Below, piece after piece: positions 21,301 through 35,300 of a stretch of 57,166 bases of DNA. The DNA lies in the NCBI GenBank assembly GCA_910592345.1, contig CAJVPI010000088.1, forward strand, positions 1-57,166, in the 5' to 3' direction. A program made the position numbers and the translations under genes. The number at the start of each line of letters is the position of its first letter. Position 1 is the first letter of the stretch. Origin of the DNA: Paraglomus brasilianum (lineage: Eukaryota). The notes beneath the pieces are model-generated. The model was given only the letters and a program-made list of their open reading frames with translations. It did no database searches and had not been told where the DNA came from.

Positions 21301-24300
21301 TCAAAAGAATCAGAAATATCCCAATTTTCATGGTATAAATTAACTATCGGTTTTATTTTGTTATTGTCTATAAACTCTGACGTTTTTCTGTCTTTTCAAC
21401 AGGTCTGCGTGATTATTATGCTTTGATCAAAAGTTTGGATAAAAAGGAGCTTACCGGTAAGTCAGGCCTGGTGTAAATCTTTCACATTATTATGAATTTT
21501 TAGATTCAATTCCTCTAACTAATACATAAAAAATAAATAAATAATGGTTTTTATTATATGTTTAGCGGAATCGATACAACTGGCGCTCGCACGAAATTTT
21601 GGAGGCACTGACCAAATGAAAACAATATGTGAATTTTACTTCGGGAATGTCTTGAATGCGTATAGTAGTAGATTCAGCAATTACGTTTATGTTCCCCTTT
21701 CAGTGGAAGAACTGATTTATGAGAACCTGAAAGAGAGGGATGGAAGGCATTTAATGGTTATTGGGAAAAGTGATTCAATTGTTAACCTCATTACATACAA
21801 TTTGAGGTCACTTGGTATGGATCCAATGGTCCTATGCGGTTCACAATTCCCTGATGATGCTGACGGAGATTATTCTTATGGCATACTGAGTAGAATTATG
21901 GTAAGAAATTAAACTACTTAACAGGACGTAAATTTTATATTTGCTGATTGCTATTCTCTTCTAGATGTGTGTTGAAGCGGGAAAGCCACTTGTACTAACC
22001 GACCTGGATGCCATATATGGTAAGTCGTAGATATTTTCGCCAATAACAATGTCTTCATTCTTTGGCTTATATATTTCTGTATTGGTAGGGAGTTTATATG
22101 ACCTTTGGAATCAGAATTACATAACACATGGTAGCAAAGACGATCCCAAATACTATACAAGAGTAGCTTTGGGAGCTTATGCTAATCCACTGTGTTATGT
22201 GCACCCGAATTTCAGATGCGTTCTTATCTTTGACGAAAAACAAGTTGCTGCTGCAGACCCGCCTCTTTTGAATCGCTTTGAAAAACAACGATTAACTCTT
22301 GATGATACACTCAACGGGAGGCAATATCAATTATATATCAAACTCGAACAGTGGGTTAAATCAATATCAACACTGATGAAAATGGAAAACGTCAATGCAG
22401 CTAGTGGATTTACCGAAGCAGATTTTTTTATTGGATATGACGAGGGCGAAACGCTTCAGAGTCTAGTGATCCACGAATGCAATAAGAATGCTAACATTAA
22501 TGACGGAGCTATTTTAGAAAATTGTAAGGCAAGACTTATAGACATAGCATCATCAGATGGTTTAATCAGAGCTAGTCATTCTTTATTAGCTGCAGAGTCG
22601 GACGAAGTCATATTATGGAAAACTTCTTACTTAGACTATGGAGGACATGAACATATAGCGGCATACTTCGGACAATTAAGAGAATGTGTAAGCGAATTTA
22701 AATACAATGAAGGTCACCAGCTGATAATACACACATTCAGCAATATTAATACTGATATAAAAGAATGTCTCAGAGAAATCATAACGTGCCAAATGGACAA
22801 GCTGTCAACTTTCAAAGCCGAATCCCAATTACAAAACAGAGTTAAGCATTTTTGGTTTGAGAGTGAAGATCAGTTGCTAGTTCTTCAATGCGATCTATCA
22901 ATAACACAGCCAGGCTGTATCAGATTAGCAAAATTTATTATTGAACAATTCCGTACAGAATATCTTGCAATAAGGACTAAGGATATGCCTCCCAAACATG
23001 CGTGCATTATATTACATCATCATAGAGACCAGGGCAACAAAAGTTCGTTCAATTTTATGTGCGGATGGGATCAGATTACTATTGAGTCTTTAGGAACCCA
23101 AGAAAAACCTTTGTCCGCTTTCCTGAATGGCAATCTCTGTGATATAATCGACTCAATTTATCCTTTCGAAGAAATCTTGCAACAAGAGCTGATCTGGTGC
23201 TTGCTTTGTATTAAATACCCATCGCCCGGACAATCAGTCGATCGTATTCGGTAAGTTTCGACAAGCGTACTATGTTTATATCTGTCATAAATTTAACGAA
23301 ATATGTTATTTGAAGACTATTGGTAGACGAAATCTCCAGCAACGAAGCATTTATGGAAGTTTTGAAGACAAGAGTTATGTGCTGGATAAAGAAGAATATC
23401 CAAAAAAACTGGCAACTACAAGTAGCATTGGATAAAAAATCCCTCTATCTTCATTCGTCGTTTTTAAATGCATTACTGGCTCACGTCCGCATGCTTGTCA
23501 GGAAACCTATCGCCCAATTATTGTACGAATTGGAAAAGCAAAATGCTCTTCTCACCTTCTTCCACATTACCAGGGAAGTGGCTGACAACGGAAAGCTGCT
23601 CCGTTTGTGGACAGATACTCTTATGGACAAAAATGTTATAGATATTGAATTGACCACAGAGCCAAATCCAGAAGCCTATAACATAACGAATCACCTGTAC
23701 GATTTTCGATTCCCGTTCTCATCCTATTTTATGGAACAAATCAATAGTTTCAAAGGGTTATATTTGGAGGCGGTCGCCCTTTTAGAAGAGGAAGATGAGA
23801 ACTTTGATGAAAATGGGGAATTGCTACCTCGCCTGATTGAAGACGAGTTAAATAGTTTTGCAAAGAAAGTTGGGTATCTTTTACCACTACTCAAATCTGT
23901 TTCGTCTTCGGATCTTTATTTCAGAGACTTTGTGACCGTTATTGCTTCGAATTATGGTGGTGACAGAGTTAGTCAATTTCTCGCTAACCTTATCAGTCAT
24001 ACGATTGGCCAAGAGAATGTGCTGGATCCTATCAAGCTTCATGCATGCTGGTGGACAAAGTCAGACGCTGTGCTGGCACAATTGCAGTTGGCAACGTTAT
24101 GTCCGACTATCATCAATGCGGCGCTAGATTACAATGAGGATGGGGCTAATAATTTTGAGGAATATTTGGTCAACGAAGTTACTAATATGACGCTAGGACG
24201 TTTGAAAAATCTCTCAGATGCCGACGACCAGATGATACAGTGGCAATTGGAGGCAACGCACATTCTGTCGCTCTGCTCTCAAATCTCGGTATCTTCATCG

Positions 24301-27300
24301 GTGCTTTCATTTCAGCTACTCAGGTTATGTACTTATTTGCTTTCAACTCGGGCTGTCCCTCTTAATCAACTTGTAGAAATTGTCAGAGAAAATGACAATA
24401 TCTTAGAGGATCAATTTATAAATCATATATTCAATGTTATGGATGGATTCGAGCCAACAGAAAAGAACTTAACCTCCCGTCAAGCATTTATACTACGCTA
24501 CATGGACTTGATTCCTATAGAATCACCAGCAAGAATACTTCTTTATGAAAAAATATTTGCGCCGGCAGAACCGCTACCGTTTACCGCACCAGTCATCAAC
24601 CATATTTTTGGGCAGGAAGTTGATGATATCTTTCCACTAATAGTCGGAGATTTCGATAGAGCGTTAGAAATGTCCCAACACCTACAAATTATTAATACTG
24701 CACTCTCAAAGCATGATCCTGATTCTCTAATGGCAGCTCTTTGTTGTGATGTCATTCAGCAGAATTTCTTTGGTGAATTAGGCATGCAGCAGCTTTTAGA
24801 GCTCTTTCATGAAGCAACTCAAACTATTCGTGCCACTACCTCAAGTGTCTTGCAGATCATCTGTTCCATCGCTTTATTGAAACAATTTACCCATACACTT
24901 TGTGAATTTATCGACTTGGAGAACGCAAGGACTCAAACGATTCAGTTCGACTTTATGGAGACAGATGACCTGATGGAAAATATGAATCATATAATGGGTT
25001 TTGATCATCCACAAATTCACTCGATCCAGGTTTACTTTATGAAGCGTCTTCGTTCTCGTGGATTTACACTAGACGACATCAGGAAATTTAGTAACGTTCA
25101 AAGTCGCGTATTTCCTTGGTTAGAAAACTTAAAATGGGCCGACAGTGAAGATGACACTCGTCTTCCTTTCAATCCATACTATATTACTCCAGGATATGCG
25201 AATGCTGAAAGAGCTTACTCAGTCTTAAGTAGGCTTCACGACAAGACTCCCTTACATGAACTTGTACAAGAAGCAGCTAAACCTGGCAATATTAATGTGC
25301 GCCTTGCTTTAATGGGCATAATTGTAAATCATTTATATGTCATAAGAACACGAGGATTCAGTCACAGCGAAGAAGGGGTTGCTGGATTTCTTGCCGTACA
25401 ACTTAACACTATGAATACTCATCCAGTATACAAGAGGGTAGCGCTAAGCACTATCAAGAATGGAAATCCCCTACTGCAAGTTTTGCCACAAATTGACAAC
25501 ACAGAGTTAATAATGAAATCCGTTCTAATTCATATAATTGCAGTCCATGCATCACTTCCAGAAGATCGTTCACCATTGACTTTGTACTTGCATAGATTGG
25601 GAGGAACGAAAGGAAGTTTCATATTAACTTCTCCATCAGATGAACAATCTATGATCTTTAATTTGCTTCGTCGTGAAGGCAACGTCACTCGGTAATGTTC
25701 TTTTTTTCTTGTGTCTTTCCTTCCGCTTATAACTAAAGGGTATTAAAATCCACCATCTTATTTAGATATCGATGCCAGTGCGGCTATATGTATATAGTAG
25801 CTAATTGCGGGAAGGTAAATCAATCTCAAACATGTCCAGACTGTAAGATAACTCTTGGTGGTGAGAAATCAGTAGCAGCCCCCGGCCAGACTAAACTAGA
25901 CGCTAATCCCGTGAGGACGTTTAACAATCCAGACACGCCCGGTTATATCTTTGAAGCTGTAACACCAGATACTAGAAAAACGGTGCGCGCACTGACACCG
26001 ACTGCGTACCGCGTTCTTCACCTTTTCGTACATGCTCTGATTGGAGCATCTACTACTCCACAGGTAGCCAAAGAATTTCTTAGTGCTAATGGTAACAACG
26101 TACCAGACTCTGTTTTTTATTGCCAACAACATATAACAAATGACTGGGAAGTTTTGAAAGCGCTTCTTGCATGCAACGATGAAACGTTGGCATTAATCAT
26201 ACACAGTATTCTGTATTCTATCCTGGAAAACGGAACCAACCTAAGTGCACACTTGAATACGGCGGAGGCTCGGGATTTATGGGAACAAGACTTCCTCGAT
26301 AGACATGTTAACCCTTATACAAGAAATGTGGCAGCGACTGCCATGAATTTACGAGAAAAATTGGAAAAAGCTAAAACTGATGGGAAATCGCAGACGGCAA
26401 CATTCGAGGCTGAAATAAATGAAGTTTATCAGACGACTGATACGTATCGTAAATTATACCTACCAAGACTATGGAGACGCGTTGAGCCGGCGAGCAAGGA
26501 AGGTTTTAAGGCGTATTTTATAAACAATACACAGTACAAATCCGCTTTTCCGTTCCTCGACTTATTCCTTGAGTTCGAGGAAAGTTTGTCTCTCGTAAAA
26601 TATCTACGATCTCTTGTGAAGTTTACTCAAATCTTGACGAGACGCCTGGCGTATCGAATGACACGACAACAAGCGATGAACATGACATTCCGTGATTTTA
26701 TTGATCGTGAAGAAAACAGAGATTCAAGACTTCATCTTGAAACCGCTTTCGAAAATTTTATGGAAGCTTGGAATAAAGTTCATCACTTGGTGAGGGGTTA
26801 TAGATGTACATCATTTGAATGTCCCCAGATTTCTGCGTCGTCGCGGCTTGTTCTTGGGCTTGTCGAAAACAGAGATATCGGACTGTATTTGTACGCCATG
26901 TTGAAAATGTTGATACAACTTCAAAACAAATTTCTCGCAAAAGTTGTTCTCATTCCACCCGGCCGTTGTGGTTCGCTGAAGTTTATTGAACGCCAGGTGA
27001 TGACCGACCAAAATGCTCGTACGACGCAATATTATATAAAATCAGTTCGCTTAGAAGATGCGCGACGATCAAACTTGATAGATTACGAGTGGAACGATGA
27101 AATTTTGAAGTATAGCCAGCGTAACTTGGAGCACGGTCGTGGTCAAGAAATTTCTTACGATCTATACAAAATTGAAGCAGAGATCGCACGATGGCTTGTA
27201 TTTAACAAAGTATTTTTGGAAGACAGTGATGACGAAATATCATTTGGAATGTTCCCTTACCACAGGGATATGTTTCAAAGTTCGCTCGGCATTCTCCAAG

Positions 27301-28134
27301 AAATCAAAACTAAAATACCTCAAGAACCGATTCCTCAGGTGCTAATTGCTCAAATTACAGGATCCATAGAAAACGGTAATATGGAGGAGATCCGTTTGCT
27401 GGAGGATCCGCATACTTTATTATCCGCTCTTGAGATCCTGATATGCTTTGTGAAAAGAACAAGCCATAACAATAACCAAATCCCTATCAGAGATTATGTT
27501 AACGATTGGTTAAATTTATCGACTCTTGAACATAACGCGGAGATAAAAAAAATACTCGATTTGGGTTTAAAGCTCATGCATGTGGTCTCGTTATATGAAC
27601 TTGTGGAAGACCGAGTAGGTGACGTAGTCATCGGTTGCATTGATGACAAGTATAAGGAACCGCTTACGATCGAGTTGGTGAACAGCCTTAACGAAGCATG
27701 CACATATGATGATGCTAAAAATAAAATTCCCGCTGCAGCCTTTGCTAGAGCTTTGAAGCGATTCGCATTAAGGTGCCTGTCAGTAAAGCGGACACCTCCT
27801 GTTAAAGAAGGGGATCATCTATCGACATGGCTGGAATCAACGAACTATTGGACGGACAATGTATCTGAAGAACTTCTTGAAAATCAGCTTCCGAAAAAAT
27901 TAAAAGTTTGCCACACACACGCTGTCTACGACTTGATCAAAAAGGAGATTGAGGTGAGTTATTTCGAGACATTTAATGGAACGGTTTTAAGACTATTTAG
28001 GTTGTTACTTAATTTAACTATCTTACCGCCAGTGGAGGAATCGCAAACAGGAACGAAAACATCCGCAAAGGTTTACGCTGCCCAACAATAAATCTGGTTT
28101 AAAGAAAAAAAGGGGGGGTTTTAACAACACCTAA
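9345..28134 (+). CDS. RNF213: Giant RNF213/mysterin-like AAA+ ATPase / RZ-finger E3 ligase, paralogue A (~5844 aa). Exons: 9345-10119, 10192-10221, 10286-10540, 10612-14714, 14802-15607, 15686-17536, 17620-19561, 19629-20045, 20112-20653, 20719-20803, 20876-21332, 21403-21456, 21566-21900, 21965-22019, 22089-23250, 23316-25691, 25766-27953, 28033-28134
   Basis: All introns GT-AG; exon sum 17535 nt is a continuous open frame. RNF213-type motifs: SDLSGQGKT, GEAGCGK|TS, FFDEINT, FAACNPYR, VSLRDV, ENVLVMIVC...PVFIIGAPGSSKS, VLLDEVGLAETSP..PLKVLH, GISNW.LD, GLRDYY, RNFGG, SLYDLWNQNY, PLLNRFEK. Also a CBM20-like domain and an RZ-like finger. Confidence 0.9.
9600..10660 (+). repeat. Degenerate tandem ~125-140 bp acidic repeats spanning exons 1-4 and introns 1-3 of gene A, including a D/E/V-rich tract at 10301-10525
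   Basis: Recurring EDSxHVNT...QEDSFS.ED...QN.YV...SD.S.P.ES unit in exon 1; related DNA recurs at the exon/intron boundaries; GAA/GAT/GTC-rich sub-repeats in exon 3. Confidence 0.7.
12330..12850 (+). repeat. ~52-56 aa degenerate coding repeats (KSNxDSDDSxxHN...RDE...N.SKQES.KS.NNN.PL..PS) ending in a 12-bp x3 repeat (SPAP) at ~12808-12848
   Basis: Seen directly in the exon 4 translation and DNA (cttcacccgctc x3). Confidence 0.75.
13767..14108 (+). other. CBM20-like carbohydrate-binding domain of gene A
   Basis: VFHVYMP...EVWVVGDIPELGNW...W...VEIP....IRYKY...DNR: CBM20 signature (VVGxxxELGxW, YKY). Confidence 0.8.
17156..17228 (+). repeat. Coding 6/18-bp repeat (GATAAA-based) encoding DKDKDTDKDKDSDKGTDKDTDKGT
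   Basis: Seen directly; absent from the aligned position of gene B (SYETEKGNNKY). Confidence 0.85.
25767..25871 (+). other. RZ-type zinc finger (variant) of gene A
   Basis: YRCQCGYMYIVANCGKVNQSQTCPDCKITLGGEKS aligns without gaps to the RNF213/ZNFX1 RZ finger. Confidence 0.8.
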
Positions 28135-29357
28135 TACTAGGTCAAGTTCTCAGTTTGTTAGTGTTGACCGACATTAGTAAAAAATCCAATTACTTTATCA
28201 TCGAACTTTCCGACAGAGTAATTTGCTATCATTTTTTATTCGAGAAATAGTTTATTCTTATTAATAATAAATACAATCATACTTAGCCTGCACGATCATG
28301 ATTTGAATCCCAATGTAATAAGCTTACCAATTATGGAATTACAAATTCAAACTATTTTGTCACGTACCGAATTTGAGCCTAATGTCTGTACAAGGACATT
28401 TAGGGTTCGTGGCTGCTTGGTAAAAAAAACCTCACTGACTTTCAAGAGAAACTTCCCCTAATTTGCCTCATTCTCACTTTATCCTTTTTTTGCTAATAGA
28501 ACGAATTTGTTCTGGTAAAATACAGCAAATTTCGTTATAAATTTCAGATCACGAGCGTTTCAGCTTCAGCCCCCACAATTATTACTAATTATGATACTAA
28601 TACATGGTCTAATTTTCCTAATTTCCATGCCAATTGTTTTACCTAAATCTATTCAGTAGACTTCTCGTCTTTTAATTATTTGTCAGCGCAAGCATCTAAT
28701 GATAAAATTCAAAAGTCAAGCCGTTTCTCATTTATTATCCAGTCTCTCACTTGCTTTGGTTCTATGTCGATTCTGCTTGCTGTTTCTCGGATAGAATGAC
28801 AATAAGTTTAGTTGCAGGCTTGTTAGCGCGAACCATAGTATCGAGGAAGAGAACGTGAATATCCGTGCATTATATAGTGTGTTACATAAACACTATTACT
28901 ATGCCACCAACCGAGATGATAGTTCCAAATTTTGATTTCTGACGAGTCGCTTTATATTAATGTACACGTAATGCTGTAGTTTACCAGAAACGCCAGAACC
29001 ATAGTTATTATGTGACTTTTGTTACGCTGGTCCTCAGTGTTGTTGTCAATAAAGTACTCCTCAAAACTCGCGCGGAAAGCTGATAAACCCTAATACTAAC
29101 CCAATTTTTCAACCCCCGAATGTAATCAAACATTGTTTAATAATTACAAATTTCAGAATTTTGGGACCCACGACATTATATATCTAGGCATTCTGAGTGT
29201 TCACAACGTGTCATACTCTACTCCTTTGTAAATGTAATTTTTACTTTTTCGTTACATTGACACGACGAAAGGAAGCATATTTATTGTGCAAATAATCACG
29301 AAAATCATGTATAATAATAAATGTAAATAAAACTACGAAAAGAAAAGAAAAAATTTT

Positions 29358-32300
29358 CTATGCTCGACCAAACTTCTGTTTCTGCGCTTTCTTCGCTCTA
29401 ATAGTGGTAGGTGATTTCAGTATGGGACGCTTGTTTGAGCTGGCCATAGATTGCTGCTTAGAACGTATTTTCTACATGATATGATCGAATTAATCGTTAG
29501 CATACAGATAGATGTGTGTGTGAAAATCACTCAAGATAATACTCACATCCATCTTCAACTTGATCACACAATAAGCCGAATGACTATGAGCGACAAGCAA
29601 GTTTTCTGGGAAGTATTTATCAACAATCTCTTCGGATACGTCCGACCAGAAATTCATCTGACCCAAATATAAATTGAGTTGCAAATTCTCGTCAACAGGT
29701 TTTACAGATAACATTCTCAACGCAAATCGCTTCAAGGCTTTTGCGAATGCTTCAGCAGGAATTTTTCCGAGTCTACCGTTGGTATCTTCAAATTCGCATG
29801 CGCTCATCAGTTCATCGTGTATCTCAACCGGGATTTCGCATTTGTATTTCGAATCAACACAGTCAATAAGTATATCGGCTACTCTGTCTTCTACTAATTC
29901 ATAAAGCGAGACGACGTGTTTTAATTCTAAACCTGCTTTCAGAATCTTTTTCATTTCTGCATTTTTCTCAAGCGTTTCTAGTTTCATCCATTGCTTGACA
30001 TAATTATTTAAAAGAACATCACTGTCACCGGTGGACGTTCTCCTGACAAAGCATAAGAGAATTTCAAGGGCGGACAACAACTCGGAGGGATTTTCGATAG
30101 AGGACGTCTGCAAAATGCCGAGTTTTCCGAATGTATTGATAGAAGTTCCGGTAATTAAAGCAACTTTTTCATGCGGAATAGGTTCCTGCGGAATTTTCTT
30201 TTTGATTTCCTCGAGGATAACCTGGCAAGTTTCGAACAATTCCATATGATAAGCCACCTTCTCGAGAGGTAGACCATTGTTTTCAACAGGTTCCAACAAG
30301 GCTTTGTCGCGTACAAGCCATAGAGCGAGCTCAGCCTCAATCTTGTATAGGTCATAGAAAATCTCCTGACCATGCCCAAAATTGAGATTGCGCTGACTGT
30401 ATTTCAATAAATCTTTGTCCCATTCGTATTCAACGATGTTTTGTTGCCGTGAATCTTCTAAGCGTACACACGTTATGTAGTATTGAGTTGTCGTAGTAGA
30501 AATTGCTTTATCATCTTGATCCACTCGCTCTGTCATTATTTGGCGTTCAATAAACTTCAACGAACGGCAATTTCCAGAAGGGATAGCAACTACATCCGTC
30601 AAGAACTGATTCTGAATATTCATCAAGTACTCCAACATGGCACAAAGATAGATTCCCGCGTCTTTATCCTCAAGAAGTCCGAAAGTAATGGAGCTGTCTA
30701 ACGTGATCTCAGGGCAAGGACCCAACTCATGACACTGATATCTATCTATAAAACATCTAACAGAATTCCAAGCATTCTTGAATTTTTCAAAAGAATCTAA
30801 CAGGGAACGAATGACATCTTCGTGTACACCATTTTGAGCTTCACTTTCGATAAATCCGCGGAAGGTTATCTGCTGCGCTTTCTGTCGTGTCAGACGATAT
30901 GTCAGTCGACTCGTTAATGTCTGCGTAAATTTAACAATTGGCCATAGATGTCCGACTAGAGGCAGCTTCTCTTCGTGTTTGAAAAACACGTTAATGAACG
31001 GGAATGTCGCTTTGTATTGATCATTATTTGCGAAATAAGCTGCAAAACTTTCTCTATTCTCGTCTATAATCTTTCTCCATAACCCTGGCAGATGATCTCT
31101 GGAATACTCGTCAGTCAACAATAAGGTTTCGTTTATCTCTGTCTCAAGTAGCGCGGCCTTTTGTTTCTCTTCTGGTTCAGCCCTTTCCATTTTAGTGCGT
31201 ATGTCCATTGCCGTTGCTGCTACGTTTTTGATTATAGGAGTCACATATTTGTCACGGAAATATTGCTCCCACTGGTCCCGGGCTGCAGCAGTTTTTATAT
31301 GTGCGTCGAGATTGGGCTTATCTGTCGTAATCGAATACAGTATATTATGTATTATCAAAGCTAGAGTTTCATCGTCACATGCAAGGACTGCCTTTAAAAC
31401 GGCCCAGTCATTTGTTATATGATTACGGCAGTAAGCAACGGGATCATTTATTGGGTTCCCATTGGCATTCAAAAAGGCATTGACATTCGGTGAAGGAGCT
31501 GACACACCAATCAGAGCGTGCACGAAAAGATGCAAAATGCGATATGCTGCGGACGCGAGTGTGCGAACGTTTCGTCGAGCGTCCTCCACCACACCTTCGA
31601 CAATATACCCTGGCTTGTCTTTATTGTCGACATTATGCAAAATTGGTTTATTATCCAACCTCTGCTGACCATCAGCCGGTACGCCGTATTGATGACCTCC
31701 AAGAACAGAAGCGCATTCTGGGCATTGTAACGCCATTACGACGTTTCCGCAATCCGCGACAAAATATTTGTAGCCACATTTACATTGATATCTGAATAAT
31801 TAATCCTATTAGTATCAACACAGTAAAGAAAGATGAATAAGAAGGAAAAAAAAAAGGCGTACCGAGTAATGCCGTTACCGGGGTGTGCGTCATTAAGTGC
31901 GTTGATAATCATAGTTTCCTCGTCAGAAGGGCATGTCAAAATAAAGTGATTTCTTACAACCTGTAACCTTTGCAAGTATAAGGTCAATGGCGAAGATTCT
32001 GCTGGTAACGACGCGTGCACTGCAATTATGTGGACGAGGACCAATCGCATTATAAATTCTGCATTGTCTGTTTGTTGGCGAACGGCCAATAAAGCGTGCT
32101 TATTGGTAATTAGATTTAAAGCTAAATGTTTATAGGCTGCCGAAAAGTTATTCTTGTCAATTTGGCCTTGCAAGAATTTAGCAACTTCATTTTCGTTGTG
32201 GGTCATTTCACGTGATGCTCTAGTACCGTACAGATGGTTGACGATAATACCAATCAGAGCAATGCGTAAATTGAGACGTTCAGCTTTTAAAGCATTCTTC

Positions 32301-35300
32301 ACAACAGCGCCTAATTGATCCTTTTCTAACACCCTTGTCATTGCAGTATAGGCTTTTTCTGCATCACCGTATTCTTGAAGTAAGCCGTAGGGATTGAACG
32401 GGATTCGACTGGCCTGATTAACGTAATCCCAAGGCAAATTTGCCAGCCAAGGTAGCAACCCCTTCTGAACCACGCAGAATTTCTTGAGGTCGTTAATGGT
32501 AAACCCGCGAGATCGAAGATTTTTCAAGAAATAAACTTTTAGCGAATGCATTTGTGCATGATTGAGTTCCATAGAGTCATTTAAGTCATCCATAAGCGTT
32601 TGAGTATCATCTGTCATCATAAAATTAAACTCTATTTGCTGAGCAGTGGGCTTATCTAAACCAACAGAATCCCAAAACTCCTGAACAAATTGTTTCAAAA
32701 GCGCAACAGAGCATATGCGTTGCAATGGTTCTGGCATTGTTCCACGTATTGCCTGAGACGCATTGTGGAAGAGTTTAGAAAGCTCATGGAAGTCTAGTTT
32801 GTTAAAGAAATTCTGCTGAATGACGTCACAACAGAGTGTTATAATTTGTGAATTCGGATCATGCATCGCCAAACGGCGATTAATAGCTTCTAGGCGTCTG
32901 GACTTTGCGAATGCATCCTTAGGATTGTGTATAAGTAATGGGAATATGTCACAATTCTCAATGTAGATATAATGAATGACGGCTGCTGTGAAGCGCAATG
33001 GTTCTGCGGGTTGGAATATCTTATCGTAAAGGAATAGTTGAACTTCCGAATCGGTATCAACCATATCTAAGAACCGTAACAAGAATGATTGACGTGAAGT
33101 CAGATTCTTCTCTGTTGGTTCGAGATTGTCCAAAATATTGAGCACATCGTTCAAGAAATTCACAGAAAGAAAGCCTTCTTCGTCATCAAGATTGATAATG
33201 GTTATAAGGCGATCAACAGGAATAACTTGTGTAGAAAGCAGATCATTACAAATCCTGAGTAGCTGGAACAATGTCACCTCGTCATATCTGGGAAGTTGGA
33301 CGCATAGAGACATAATATTGGTGACGTCCAGCTGCCACTTCATCGCCTTGTTATCAATGTCTTCTTCGCCGGGAAGTTGCAGCAGTTTATCGATGAAAAT
33401 TCGAGACACTTCATTTATAATACGTTGTTCAAATGTTTCTTCATACTCATCGTCGTTGTCTAAATTCTCCATGATAGTTGGACATAATGTTGCTAAATGC
33501 ATTTGCGCCAAAACAGCATTTGATTTCGTCCACCAGTATACGTGCAACGAGATAGGGTTCAAAACTTTGTCTTCACCGATAAGACGACTTAGAAGAGACT
33601 TCAGAATTCCAGTAACCTTGTAGCCACCGTGATTGGACGCTATCACTGCGATAAAATCTCTAAAGTAAAGTTTTGAAAAACGTCGCAACGGTGCGGATCT
33701 AAGTGTTGGTAATGCCGAAAAAATGTTATCTGAGAATTTGTCAAGATGAGCCTCAACAACATCATCATAGAGTTCGCCGGTTTCCTGATCGACATTATTT
33801 TCATCTTCCTCTAATTCGGCAATATCGTCCAAATATATTTTCTTGAAGCTATTAATTTGCTCCATGAAGTAGTACGAGAATGGGAAGTGAAGGTCATGTA
33901 AGCCGTTAGCTATAGCATAGCCATCCGGTCCAGGCTCCTTGATTGTTTCGATGTCAATAGTCTTCTTGTTTAGATACATGTTCTCCCAGAATTCAATCAA
34001 CTCTTCATCTCTGCTCAAATCCTCAGTAATGTTGAAGAACGTCAGGAGTGCGCAGTGCTTTTCCAATGCATACAACAACTGGGCAATGGGCTTCCTGACC
34101 AGGACACGAATATGAGCTAGTAGAGCGCCTGCGAATGAAGAATGCAAGTAGATAGCCCTTTTATCTGATGCCACACGTAATTGCCAGTTTGATTTAGCAT
34201 TCTCGTCAATCCATTGCATGATTCTCCTCTTCAAAATATCGACGAATGCTTTATTGTTTGGAATTTTCTCTATCAATCGTCTTTAAAGTAGCAATGGTTA
34301 GTCAGGTGATACAAAGTCGGCAACGGGGGGATATGTATTCATATGACTTGTCGATACTTACCGAACATGTTCAATTGATTGCGAAGAATTTGGATATTTG
34401 ATACAAAGTAGACACCATAATAATTCTTGTTGCAAGATCTCTTCGAAAGGATACGTTGAGTCGATTACTTCACACAGATCGCCTTCTATGAGAGCAGACA
34501 GAGGTTTCTCTTGAGGCACTAAAGTCTCGATAGTTACTTGTTCCCATCCACACATGAAGTTGAAGGAACTTGTGTTTGCCTGATCTCTATGATGATGCAA
34601 TATAATACATGCATGTTTTGCTGGCATATTTACATTGTCATTACGTTGTCTTCTTGCAAAGTATTCGGTGCGGAACTGTTCAATAATGAACTTTGCCAAT
34701 TTAATACTGCCCGCTCTTGTTGTCGATAAGTCACATTGTAGAAGGAGCAGCTCATCTTCGCTCTCAAACCAGAAATGCTTGACTCTGCTCTGTAATTGAG
34801 CCTCGGCCTTAAATGTTGACAGCTTGTCCACTTGACATTTCAAATTTCTTTCCAAGCATCCCTTTACATCCGTGTTAATATTGCTGAATGTATGTATTAT
34901 TATTTGATACCCTTCAGTGTATAGAGAACGCGCAAATAATTGTTGAAAATACGCTGCTATATGATCGTGCCCTCCGTAGTTAAAGTAAGAAGTCCTCCAT
35001 TTCATAACTTCATCCGACTGTGTAGCTAACGTGGAATGAGTAGCCCTGACTAAACCATCAGATGACGCGATTTTTATCAGTCTTGCTTTACAGTTCTCTA
35101 AAATTTCCTCATCGTCACGTGTCAAACTTTTCTTGCACTCGTCAATCACAAGACTCTGGAGAGTTTCATCCTTGTCGTATCCAATAAATAAATCTGCTTC
35201 GGTAAATCCACCGGCTATATTTATACCTTCCATCCTCGTTATTGTTGATATAGACTTGACCCAGTTTTCAAGTTGATCGTATAAATGGGAATGCTCTTCC

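Noticed and set aside
29084..29103. Telomere-like AACCCTAA/CTAACCC motif between the convergent genes
   Set aside because: Only one to two imperfect units; not an array.
33126..33623. 165-aa + strand ORF and the many other short ORFs inside genes A and B
   Set aside because: Antisense or off-frame shadows of the long RNF213-like exons.
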